Of a stretch of DNA of 64,000 bases, positions 1-8,834 are shown piece by piece. Position numbers and translations under genes: made by a program. The stretch covers positions 1,589-65,588 of the forward strand of contig JACPSK010000008.1 of assembly GCA_016193335.1 (NCBI GenBank), read 5' to 3'. The notes under the pieces are model-generated. The model had not been told where the DNA came from, searched no databases, and was given only the letters and a program-made list of their open reading frames with translations. The stretch is from Candidatus Magasanikiibacteriota bacterium (GTDB lineage: Bacteria; Patescibacteriota; Patescibacteriia; Magasanikbacterales; UBA922). The stretch's first letter is position 1. Each line of letters opens with the position of its first letter.

Positions 1-1
1 A

Positions 2-478
2 TTTTATAAAAAAAAATATAATTTCAGTTTTGCGGGCCTGAAAACAGCCGCTTTATATTGGCTGAGAGACAATACGCTAAGCGTCACTCACCCAAGCGCT
101 ATGGCTACGCTGCCCGTGGGCATTACCGGAATCACGGGTGAAGGACCCACCCTGCAGGACTTTTGCGCCAGTTTTGAGCAAGCGATTGTGGATGTGCTCA
201 GCGAAAAAACCGCGAGAGCCATAGAAGAATACAAACCAAACTGTCTGATTTTGGGCGGTGGCGTTTCCGCGAACCCAAAACTACGCAGCAATCTTCAGAA
301 CCTGGGCAAAAACTGCGGTCTCGAACATATTCTCCTGCCTCCTCCCGGATATTCAATGGACAACGGAGCCATGATCGCTGTGGCAGGATATTACCAAACA
401 ATAAAAAAACAATACACAGACTGGAAAAACGTAAAAGTAAATCCAAATTGGGAGGCTTATGAAGAAAACAAAAATTGA
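2..478 (+). CDS. tsaD: tRNA threonylcarbamoyladenosine transferase TsaD, 5'-truncated by the window edge
   Basis: Frame 2 is open from base 2: NFSFAGLKTA, CASFEQAIVDVL, LGGGVSANPKLR, SMDNGAMIA are Kae1/TsaD motifs. Confidence 0.93.
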   Translation, partial: FYKKKYNFSFAGLKTAALYWLRDNTLSVTHPSAMATLPVGITGITGEGPTLQDFCASFEQAIVDVLSEKTARAIEEYKPNCLILGGGVSANPKLRSNLQNLGKNCGLEHILLPPPGYSMDNGAMIAVAGYYQTIKKQYTDWKNVKVNPNWEAYEENKN

Positions 479-508
479 ACACAATTCTTGATAATCAGCC
501 AAGGGCAG

Positions 509-537
509 TTGACAAAGAAGATGTCGATGGCTATCAT
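509..537 (+). promoter_or_regulatory. sigma70-type promoter of prs
   Basis: TTGACA-N17-TATCAT, followed by a hairpin at 557-583 and an AGGAG SD. Confidence 0.65.
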
Positions 538-599
538 GCTCCTCATGATCATTCACAAGCGGCCTTATAAAAAAGGGCCGCTTTCTTGCAAGAAGGAGA

Positions 600-1547
600 G
601 TGAAGATGCGAGACAGACTCATGGTCTTCGCGGGAAGGAGCCATCCGGCTTTCGCCCGCGCGATTTGCAGTGAACTCGGTATTGGACTGGGCAGGAGCAG
701 TGTGCACGAGTACTCCAACGAAAACTTGGAAGTGCGCGTGGACGAAAGTGTCCGCGGAGCGGACGTCTTTGTGGTGCAGACCAGCTGCCCGCCGGTGAAC
801 GAGGGAGTTGTTGAACTTCTGATGTTCATTGACGCCTTGAAAAAAGCTTCGGCAAACCGCGTAACCGCGGTAATGCCCTACTTCCCGTACGCACGCTCCG
901 ACAAAAAGGACAAACCCCGCATCTGCATCACCGCAGAGCTCATGGCTCGACTCCTGACCGCGGCAGGCGTTGACCGAGTGCTTACCATGGACTTGCATGC
1001 TCCACAGATCCAGGGTTTCTTCACAGAGATCCCGGCAGACCAGCTTCTGGCGAGAAAGACTATCGGGGACTACTGGCTGACTCGAGACCTGGGGAATCAT
1101 GTCATAGTCTCGGCTGATGCCGGACACGCCAAGGAAACCGGGCCCTTCGCCCAGCGCCTCAAGCTGCCGATGGCCATGATTGATAAACGTCGTACAGACG
1201 ACAGCGAACACCCCAAGCCGGTCGCCGTGATTGGAGACGTTACCGGCAAAGACTGCCTCATGTTTGATGACGAGGTCGCGAGCGCTGGCACACTCATCGA
1301 AGGAGCCGCCTTCCTCCGCCAGCATGGCGCCTTGTCGGTAAAGGCTACCTGCACTCACCCGGTGCTCACAGGACAAGCCTGTGCAAAGATCATGGCGAGC
1401 CTCATAGACGAGCTGGTGGTAACCGATACCATCCCCACCGACGGCAAGAAATTCCCCAAGCTCCGCGTGCTCTCGGTGGCACCGCTCTTTGCTCGGGCAA
1501 TTAGGAGTATCCACGGTGGAGAGAGCGTAAGCGAGCTTCTCTCCTAG
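600..1547 (+). CDS. prs: ribose-phosphate pyrophosphokinase (start could be ATG 606)
   Basis: VRGADVFVVQT, VMPYFPYARSDKK, MDLHAPQIQGFF, VSADAG, DDEVASAGT, CTHPVL. Confidence 0.96.
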   Translation: MKMRDRLMVFAGRSHPAFARAICSELGIGLGRSSVHEYSNENLEVRVDESVRGADVFVVQTSCPPVNEGVVELLMFIDALKKASANRVTAVMPYFPYARSDKKDKPRICITAELMARLLTAAGVDRVLTMDLHAPQIQGFFTEIPADQLLARKTIGDYWLTRDLGNHVIVSADAGHAKETGPFAQRLKLPMAMIDKRRTDDSEHPKPVAVIGDVTGKDCLMFDDEVASAGTLIEGAAFLRQHGALSVKATCTHPVLTGQACAKIMASLIDELVVTDTIPTDGKKFPKLRVLSVAPLFARAIRSIHGGESVSELLS

Positions 1548-1619
1548 TGTCGAGAACCGAACTCCGCGGTCCTCGATCAAAAAAGCCGCGTCTTTAGAAG
1601 ACCGGCTTCATTGTTTAAT

Positions 1620-1658
1620 TAGAGCCCCGGCTTAAAAATAATTTTGAGCCGGGCTCTA
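1620..1658. terminator. hairpin between convergent prs and dnaE, probably a terminator
   Basis: tagagccccggcttaaaa...tttgagccgggctcta inverted repeat; a second hairpin lies at about 1583-1608. Confidence 0.6.
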
Positions 1659-1666
1659 GAGATAAT

Positions 1667-4600
1667 TCACTCAAAAACTTCAATGCTTTTGTCTCCGAGG
1701 AGGCTCTTCAATTCTCCCTCCAATACAGCATTCCATGAGACTTTTGTCTCTGTTTTTATTTTTTTCCCCATAATATCCAAATATACCCGATATTCGCCGC
1801 AATGACGCTCGAATAGGTTCTTGAGAGCCTGGGTGTGAATTTTGAGTTCTTCCTGTGTTAAAGATATGCGCAAAGACTTGGCAAACACTTCTTTAGTTTG
1901 AGATTCAAGATGTTGCGCGCCAAAACGAAGTTTCTGTTTCACTGCTTCGAGTTTGTCTTTGCTAAGCAGATACACATTTTCCACAAAAATTTTATTGTCT
2001 CCATCTTCTTTTGGAACACGACCCACGACACAGACAATCTCTCCTTCTTTCCAAATATCTTTGCTTTCTTCAAATTTTCTGGGAAATACCAAAAGCTCCA
2101 TAGAGCCGCTCTGATCTTGGATAGTCGCGAACATCATCACAGAACCCTTTTTGGTAATTTTCTTTTTTGTGACGTCTATCACACCACCTATCACCACCCA
2201 GGCGTCAGGCCGACAAAATTCCAGATCTTTTAAAGGAATAATAATACCCTTCAATTGTTCTTCAAAATCCGCGAAAGGATGAGAAGAAACATAGAGGCCA
2301 AGCAAATTTTTTTCCCAACGCAATTTTTCTTCAATGCTCAAAACAGGAGCCTCCTTAAGCACCACCTTTGAATCCAATGAAATGCCCGTGCCGCTAAATA
2401 AAGAATTCTGATTGCTTGTTTTTCGTTCTTTTGACTGCCTCAGAAAAAAGAGAATATGTTCAATGTTGGCAAACAAAAGACCCCGCTCATGTCCAAAACA
2501 ATCAAGGGCACCGGATTGAATCAGACTTTCCAAAGATTTTTTGTTTAGATCTTTATCTTGAATGCGTTCGAGAAACTGTTCCACATTTTGGTAGTTCCCC
2601 TGTTCTTTGCGTTCCCGATATATCACTTCTGAAATATGTTCGCCAAGCCCTTTGATAGAACTGAGTCCGAAACGAATACGGCCCGCTTCGCCCGGCTTTG
2701 AAACCATGGCAAAATTTCTAAAACTCTCATTCACATCAGGAGGCAAAACTTGTATCTTCATTCGATCGCATTCATGGACAATCGCCGCGACTTTTTCTGT
2801 GTCATTGGCTTCGGCTTGCAAAACCGCGGTCATATATTGTACCGGATAATGAGCCTTCAAATAAGCGGTTTGGTAGGCCACTATCCCATAGCTCGCCGCG
2901 TGCGCTTTGTTGAATCCATAAGCCGCAAAAGGTTCTATCGCTCGCCACAATTCGTCAATAACCGATTGCTTCAAATTGCCATGGTCTCTGCATCCCTGAT
3001 AAAATTTGATTTTTTGTTTGGCCATCTCTTCAGGAATTTTCTTTCCCATGGCTTTCCTGAATTTGTCCGCTTCCATCCAATCATAGCCGGCGAGTTCTAT
3101 GGCAGTAAGCATAACATCGTCCTGATACACCAGAAGTCCATATGAAGCGTCCAATATTTTTTCCAAACGAGGATCTGGGTACAATATTGATTCTCTATGG
3201 TGTTTTCTGCGTACATATTCGGGAATAGATTCCATAGGGCCCGGACGATACAGGGCCACCATGGCCATAATATCTTCTATGCGGTCCGGTTTCAATTCTT
3301 TAAGCCAACGAGTCATCCCAGAGCCTGAGAGCTGAAAAACGCCGGCAGTTTCTCCGCGCGCAAGCATTTCAAATGTTTTCTTATCATCCAAGGGCAGATT
3401 GTAGATATCAATTTCATCCCCTGTCGTCTTTTTTACGATTTCAACCGCGTTTCCGAGAATCGCCAGATTTCGTATGCCCAAAAAATCATTTTTTAAAACA
3501 CCGGCCGCTTCCACGGATTTCATTTCATACTGGGTGATAATTTTTTCACCTCCGGTTTCTCTTTGCACAGGGCTGAAGTCAGTGAGAGCGCTTGGAGCTA
3601 TCACCACCCCGGCCGCGTGAATGGATGTATGGCGCGCGCAGCCCTCCACTTTGCGCGCAAGATCCAAAAGACGCTTAACGTCAGCATTTGAGTCATAAAG
3701 CTTTTTCAAATCCGGCTCCTCCTTGAGCGCCCGCTCTATGGTCATGGGGAATCCCTGAGCCCCGGGAGGGATCAATTTCGCCACTTGATCACAAAAATTG
3801 TAAGACAGGCCAAGAGCTCTGCCCACATCCCGAACACTGGCCCTCGCCGCCATAGTCCCAAAAGTGATAATTTGCGCTACCTTGTCTTCACCATATTTTT
3901 TGGTTACATATTCTATCATTTCTTCACGACGATCATCAGCAAAATCAGTATCAATGTCCGGAGGACTCGGCCGAAAGGGATTCAAAAAACGTTCAAAGGG
4001 CAACTTGAATCTGATAGGATCAACCGTAGTGATACCCAAGACATAAGACACCAGAGAACCGGCGGCAGATCCTCTCGTAGATTCTACAATGCCATGAGAT
4101 TTGGCATAACGCACATAATCCGCCACGCACAAAAAATACGGAGAATAACCTTTGTTTTTTATAATATCAAGCTCATATTCCAAACGTTTGCCGATTGAGG
4201 GCGGCATTTCTGGATAAAAATGGGGAGCATAAGAAAAACTCTCTTCACGCAAAACATCGTCAGCGGTCTTCCCCTCGGGTATCTGTACCGGAGCGAAATG
4301 CCAAGTATTCAACTCAATTTCGAGATCTATCCGATCCGCGATCAATCCGGTGTTGGATAGAGCTTCTGGCACATGTTTAAAACGTGAAGCTATATCATCT
4401 TTCATATTGAGCGAACGATCGACATAACGATAATCCGCCCTATTGCTTTGATGTACGTTCCAGCCTTGCCCTATGCAGGTAAGAATGTCTTGGGCTTCGG
4501 CGTCTGGAGCATCCAAATAATGTACGTCTCTCGTGATTACCATCGGCAGGCCGCTTTCTTTGGCCAGTTCAATGAGTTTTGTATTAACTTCCATTTGTCC

Positions 4601-5149
4601 GGGCAGGGCGGGATGATCTTCCAATTCCAAATAAAAATAATCCTTCCCAAATATATCTGCGTATTCCTCTGCTGCTGCTCGTGCTTTTTCTTTTTTTTGT
4701 AATCTCAAGAGACCAGGTATCTCGCCCTCCAAAGGCCCTGATAAAGCGATCACATGCTGGTGATATTGTCGCAGAAGAGCTTTATCAATACGTGGTTTGC
4801 CTTCAAAAAAACCTTCAAGGTGCCCCAGAGAACTCAGCTTCATGAGATTACGATAGCCAATATAATTCTCAGCAAGCAAAATGAGATGATGAGCTTCTTT
4901 GTCTTCTTGGGGATCTTTGTCAAAACGGCTTCTCGGAGCCACGAAGGCTTCAAATCCTAAAATAGGTTTTATAGCTTCTTTTTTGCAGGTTTCATAAAAT
5001 TCAATGGCCCCGTACATGGAGCCGGAGTCTGTAAGAGCGAGTGCCTTAAAACCGCGTTCTTTGGCCGCTTTCACGAGCGGCTTGATTTTGGACAAACCAT
5101 CCAGCAAAGAATAATGCGAGTGTACATGGAGATGAGTGAAATCTTGCAT
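1667..5149 (-). CDS. dnaE: DNA polymerase III alpha subunit
   Basis: PHP motif FTHLHVHSHYSLLDG, RGSAAGSLVSY, FERFLNP..PDIDTDF, YGFNKAHA and a C-terminal OB fold. Start placed at MQDF. Confidence 0.98.
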   Translation of the reverse strand: MQDFTHLHVHSHYSLLDGLSKIKPLVKAAKERGFKALALTDSGSMYGAIEFYETCKKEAIKPILGFEAFVAPRSRFDKDPQEDKEAHHLILLAENYIGYRNLMKLSSLGHLEGFFEGKPRIDKALLRQYHQHVIALSGPLEGEIPGLLRLQKKEKARAAAEEYADIFGKDYFYLELEDHPALPGQMEVNTKLIELAKESGLPMVITRDVHYLDAPDAEAQDILTCIGQGWNVHQSNRADYRYVDRSLNMKDDIASRFKHVPEALSNTGLIADRIDLEIELNTWHFAPVQIPEGKTADDVLREESFSYAPHFYPEMPPSIGKRLEYELDIIKNKGYSPYFLCVADYVRYAKSHGIVESTRGSAAGSLVSYVLGITTVDPIRFKLPFERFLNPFRPSPPDIDTDFADDRREEMIEYVTKKYGEDKVAQIITFGTMAARASVRDVGRALGLSYNFCDQVAKLIPPGAQGFPMTIERALKEEPDLKKLYDSNADVKRLLDLARKVEGCARHTSIHAAGVVIAPSALTDFSPVQRETGGEKIITQYEMKSVEAAGVLKNDFLGIRNLAILGNAVEIVKKTTGDEIDIYNLPLDDKKTFEMLARGETAGVFQLSGSGMTRWLKELKPDRIEDIMAMVALYRPGPMESIPEYVRRKHHRESILYPDPRLEKILDASYGLLVYQDDVMLTAIELAGYDWMEADKFRKAMGKKIPEEMAKQKIKFYQGCRDHGNLKQSVIDELWRAIEPFAAYGFNKAHAASYGIVAYQTAYLKAHYPVQYMTAVLQAEANDTEKVAAIVHECDRMKIQVLPPDVNESFRNFAMVSKPGEAGRIRFGLSSIKGLGEHISEVIYRERKEQGNYQNVEQFLERIQDKDLNKKSLESLIQSGALDCFGHERGLLFANIEHILFFLRQSKERKTSNQNSLFSGTGISLDSKVVLKEAPVLSIEEKLRWEKNLLGLYVSSHPFADFEEQLKGIIIPLKDLEFCRPDAWVVIGGVIDVTKKKITKKGSVMMFATIQDQSGSMELLVFPRKFEESKDIWKEGEIVCVVGRVPKEDGDNKIFVENVYLLSKDKLEAVKQKLRFGAQHLESQTKEVFAKSLRISLTQEELKIHTQALKNLFERHCGEYRVYLDIMGKKIKTETKVSWNAVLEGELKSLLGDKSIEVFE

Positions 5150-5352
5150 AATAGCTACCATGGTATACCATCCTGTCGTCTGAATCAACCGCGGAAAAGA
5201 CGAAAAAAAGTTCTTTGCAATTCTGGATCTTTACAATATTTTGCAGATTATGATACGCTAGTGTGGTATTAGAGACAAAAATGGTATGAATTCAGAAAAC
5301 ACTATTCCAGACTTACTGACGGGTATGGGTGAAACCTTTAAAAAATTAAAAT

Positions 5353-5499
5353 ATGAAAATACCAATACATAGACTTCTTGAATCACTTGGTATCCAAGAT
5401 TTAGTCCTTGATACTCCAGAAGATGTAAGCAGAGTTAAAATGGAATTAGATAAAGTAATTAAAAAACAAGAAGATGAAAAAACAGTGGAAAATAAATAG
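5353..5499 (+). CDS. putative 48-aa small protein
   Basis: ATG5353..TAG5499, MKIPIHRLLESLGIQDLVLDTPEDVSRVKMELDKVIKKQEDEKTVENK. Below the ORF-track cutoff; no recognisable motif. Confidence 0.35.
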   Translation: MKIPIHRLLESLGIQDLVLDTPEDVSRVKMELDKVIKKQEDEKTVENK

Positions 5500-5579
5500 T
5501 ACCGCTGCTCCTCAACTAGAAAAATCTATTGTTGAAGTCTCCAGGTCCGAATAAGTAAGTAATTAATAAAGTTATATAT

Positions 5580-6254
5580 ATGAAGAAACTCATTATCCTC
5601 TCTTCTCTGGTTCTCTTGGCAGGAGCAGGCTGTTCGCAAGCGAGCCTGGAACCAAAAAATGATAGAACAAGCGAGCCAACAGAAAATACAGCAGACAAAC
5701 AAGAAGGAGCTACTGAAGAAAAAAGTGATGAACCAAAAAATGAAACGGCTGTGACGACTACAGATTCCGAGAATGAAAAAACAGAATCCGGAATGAATGT
5801 TGAAGCAGAGATAAAAGCTAATATAGAGACCAAAACTTCCAATGAGGAAAAACCAGAGGAAATAAAAGAACCTGCGCAAGCAAGTTCAAAGTCTGATGCA
5901 GGCGCAAAAACAGAAGTAGAGACAACACCGGCAGCCTCTTCGGATAAAACAACAAACTCTGGCCAAGAAGCAACTCAAAGCACAAAAGAATTTTCAATTA
6001 CCGCGAAAAAATGGGAATTCGTCCCTTCCACTATCACGGTGAATAAGGGAGACAAAGTGCGATTGGTGGTGCAAAGCCTTGATGTGGACCATGGTTTTGC
6101 CATTTCAGAATTCGGGATAAAAAGGACTCTGAAACCGGGGCAAAGTGAAACCGTTGAGTTCATGGCAGATGCCTCTGGCAGCTTCTCTTTCTTTTGTTCT
6201 GTTTCTTGCGGTTCTGGACACAGCTCTATGAAAGGCACGCTTATTGTTAATTAA
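5580..6254 (+). CDS. lipoprotein with an acidic disordered linker and a C-terminal CuA-type cupredoxin domain
   Basis: Lipobox LAGAGC, E/T/K-rich linker, then DVDHGF...CSVSCGSGHSSM (H..CxxxCxxxHxxM). Confidence 0.85.
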   Translation: MKKLIILSSLVLLAGAGCSQASLEPKNDRTSEPTENTADKQEGATEEKSDEPKNETAVTTTDSENEKTESGMNVEAEIKANIETKTSNEEKPEEIKEPAQASSKSDAGAKTEVETTPAASSDKTTNSGQEATQSTKEFSITAKKWEFVPSTITVNKGDKVRLVVQSLDVDHGFAISEFGIKRTLKPGQSETVEFMADASGSFSFFCSVSCGSGHSSMKGTLIVN

Positions 6255-6352
6255 TCTGACGGAAAACGGATTCAGAATCGAAAAAATATCTAAAGTCTCA
6301 TGCACCCGCGAGAATATGAGATACAAAGACGGAAACCTCAAGCAAAAAACGC

Positions 6353-6381
6353 TTGACGAAATATTAAAACGGCGCTATACT
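6353..6381 (+). promoter_or_regulatory. sigma70-type promoter of the CBS/transporter operon
   Basis: TTGACG-N17-TATACT. Confidence 0.65.
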
Positions 6382-6418
6382 GGCGCTGTTTTGTTGGGCT
6401 AATTTTTAATTTTCTCGT

Positions 6419-6889
6419 ATGTCGGACAAAAAATATACGGTAAACGAATATATGCGTAGCGAAGTCGTTACTCTTCCGCCAACCGCCACCATGCGCGAAG
6501 CGGTAGAAACCATGTTGCGCACCAAAACCAATGGTACGGTCGTGGTTGACAATAGCCATAAGGTGGTAGGTATTCTTTCAAGCTGGGACTTTATCCAGTA
6601 TATTGTCCCGGACTACCTGGAAGAGGACAAACACCTGGCCGCTTTTGAATCCGGCGATGTTTTTGTTGAGCGGGTCAAGGAATTACAAAATGATCCGATC
6701 AGCAAATTTATGTCGTCCAAAGTGCATACCTGCAAAGCCGATCACTCACTTATGGAGGCGGCGACCTTGCTTTCAGAATTTCGGATCCGCCAGTTACCGG
6801 TAGTCGACGACAAGGGTATCCTCGTGGGATATATAAACCGGACAGATATCAAAAAAGCCATCGCCGACGTACTCGGCATTTCCATGTAA
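6419..6889 (+). CDS. CBS-pair domain protein
   Basis: Two CBS repeats: VVVD..KVVGILS and LPVVDDKGILVGYINRTDI. Confidence 0.92.
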   Translation: MSDKKYTVNEYMRSEVVTLPPTATMREAVETMLRTKTNGTVVVDNSHKVVGILSSWDFIQYIVPDYLEEDKHLAAFESGDVFVERVKELQNDPISKFMSSKVHTCKADHSLMEAATLLSEFRIRQLPVVDDKGILVGYINRTDIKKAIADVLGISM

Positions 6890-6901
6890 TTCCCATAATT
6901 T

Positions 6902-8188
6902 TTGAACATTTCTATGTCGGCCATGTTTACCACCGCGATCATACTTTTTGTCGTTACCTACGTCATCATCATCTCGGAAAAAATACACCGCACGATCATA
7001 GCGCTTATCGGCGCGGCACTCATGGTGCTCCTTGGCGTCATCAACCAGAAACAGGCAATCGAGGGCATTGATTTTAATACACTCGGTCTTTTGATCGGCA
7101 TGATGATCGTCGTCGGCATCGCCAAACAGAGCGGCGTGTTCCAATACGTTGCCATCTGGGCGGCCAAAATGGGACGCGGCAAACCAATTCCGATTTTTCT
7201 GCTCTTGGGCGCGATCGTCGCCATTTTCTCGGCCTTTCTCGACAACGTCACCACGGTGCTTCTCATGGTGCCTGTTACCTTTGTCGTCACCAATAATCTT
7301 AAAATCAATCCCAAACCATTTTTGATTGGCACGATTCTACTCTCGAATATCGGCGGCACGGCCACCTTGATCGGTGATCCTCCAAACATCCTAATCGGCA
7401 GTGCGGCAGGTCTGACCTTTAATCAATTCCTGTCCAACTTGGCCCCGATCTCTCTCATTGTGACTGTCATTACACTTGGACTGCTCTATCTGTGGTATCG
7501 TAATGAACTGGTTGCTACTCCCGAAGCACAGGCCACGGTCATGAAATTCGATCCAAAAGAGGCGATCAGCAACCCATCCATCCTCGTAAAATCCTTAATC
7601 GTGCTCGGGCTTGTCCTTATCGGCTTCTTCACTCATAGCCTCACTCACCTTGAAGGCGCCACGATCGCCTTGGCCGGTGCCGCACTCCTTATGCTTATCA
7701 CCGTTCATGAGCCGGATGAACATCTGCGCAACGTGGAATGGAGCACCATCTACTTTTTTATCGGATTGTTCATTCTCGTTACCGGACTTGAAGAAGTCGG
7801 CGCCATCCGCATGCTCGCCGAGAGACTCCTCGAAGCAACCGGTGGCAACATGGCAGCCACAACTATCGCGGTTCTTTGGGGCTCGGCTATATTCTCAGCG
7901 GTCGTTGACAACATTCCCTTCGTTGCGACTATGATTCCACTCATTAAGGATGTCGGCGCTATCTCGGGCCTGCCGCTCCTGCCGCTCTGGTGGGCGCTTG
8001 CGCTCGGTGCGGATATCGGCGGCAATGCCACTATCGTCGGCGCCTCAGCCAATGTGGTCGTCAGCGGACTCGCGGGCCGCGAAGGCCACAAAATCGGTTT
8101 CGGCGAGTACATGAAAACCGCTGTACCACTTACGGTCATCGGTCTGATTGTCTGCACTATCTATATCTATGTGCGATACCTGATTTAA
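6902..8188 (+). CDS. ArsB/NhaD (IT superfamily, P-protein-like) ion transporter
   Basis: Many TM helices; SAFLDNVTT, NIGGTATLIGDPPN, SAVVDNIPFVATM, GGNATIVGASAN. Confidence 0.92.
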   Translation: MNISMSAMFTTAIILFVVTYVIIISEKIHRTIIALIGAALMVLLGVINQKQAIEGIDFNTLGLLIGMMIVVGIAKQSGVFQYVAIWAAKMGRGKPIPIFLLLGAIVAIFSAFLDNVTTVLLMVPVTFVVTNNLKINPKPFLIGTILLSNIGGTATLIGDPPNILIGSAAGLTFNQFLSNLAPISLIVTVITLGLLYLWYRNELVATPEAQATVMKFDPKEAISNPSILVKSLIVLGLVLIGFFTHSLTHLEGATIALAGAALLMLITVHEPDEHLRNVEWSTIYFFIGLFILVTGLEEVGAIRMLAERLLEATGGNMAATTIAVLWGSAIFSAVVDNIPFVATMIPLIKDVGAISGLPLLPLWWALALGADIGGNATIVGASANVVVSGLAGREGHKIGFGEYMKTAVPLTVIGLIVCTIYIYVRYLI

Positions 8189-8204
8189 ATCTAAAATATA
8201 CAAA

Positions 8205-8251
8205 AATCTAAAGAAACGAGCCGGCATTTTGCCGACTCGTTTCTTTAGATT
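8205..8251. terminator. bidirectional terminator hairpin
   Basis: aatctaaagaaacgagccggca / tgccgactcgtttctttagatt between convergent genes. Confidence 0.7.
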
Positions 8252-8269
8252 AAGTCCTCCACCATATTT

Positions 8270-8629
8270 TTATTTTTTTGAAGATCCAAAAAATTTTTTG
8301 TTTTTCCGCTTTTTTTTCTCTATCCCCATTCCTTCAAGCCTGTCTTCAAGTTTTCCCGATAACTTCCCTATGACAAATTTATCCACTAAGGTTGACATCA
8401 TCTTGCCTACAAAACCCATCTTGCCGCTGAGGCTATCTACTTTACCTTTTATAAATTCCATGGCATCGGCGATGAGCTCCAATTTCTGCGTTACATTTTC
8501 AATAATAGTATTAGCGTTACGCAGAACCCGAGCGGCTTGGTATAAAAGCCAGCAGAGAAACACCGTAAACCACAATATGGAAAGCGACAAGACAATATAG
8601 AGCAAATCTTGACTTGTACTAAAAAACAT
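8270..8629 (-). CDS. hypothetical membrane-anchored coiled-coil protein (DUF948-like)
   Basis: N-terminal TM, helical body, basic tail; GGAGGGGAG SD upstream. Confidence 0.7.
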   Translation of the reverse strand: MFFSTSQDLLYIVLSLSILWFTVFLCWLLYQAARVLRNANTIIENVTQKLELIADAMEFIKGKVDSLSGKMGFVGKMMSTLVDKFVIGKLSGKLEDRLEGMGIEKKKRKNKKFFGSSKK

Positions 8630-8834
8630 ACAGCACTCCCCTCCATCTCGATGACAGGCATTTTGTACAACGAAATGGTTTAAAAATAAGAGATCTGAAA
8701 CGCGCGGACTTGTTTTGTATCTTATATTTGGAATTTTGATCCAAAAGACAATGCAACACTAAACATAGTATAACACAAGAATGGAATCAGAACCAATGAA
8801 ACTGCCTGTGAACAAATGGCGCATTGTTCATTGA

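Noticed and set aside
549-1580. 343-aa minus-strand ORF
   Set aside because: Antisense shadow of GC-rich prs, which has all the family motifs.
8630-8770. Possible lysine riboswitch (ctgtcatcgagatggagggg resembles its 3' end)
   Set aside because: The 5' conserved elements (AGAGGUGC, AAAGG, GCCGAA) are absent and the downstream gene is unrelated; the G-rich part is explained as an SD.
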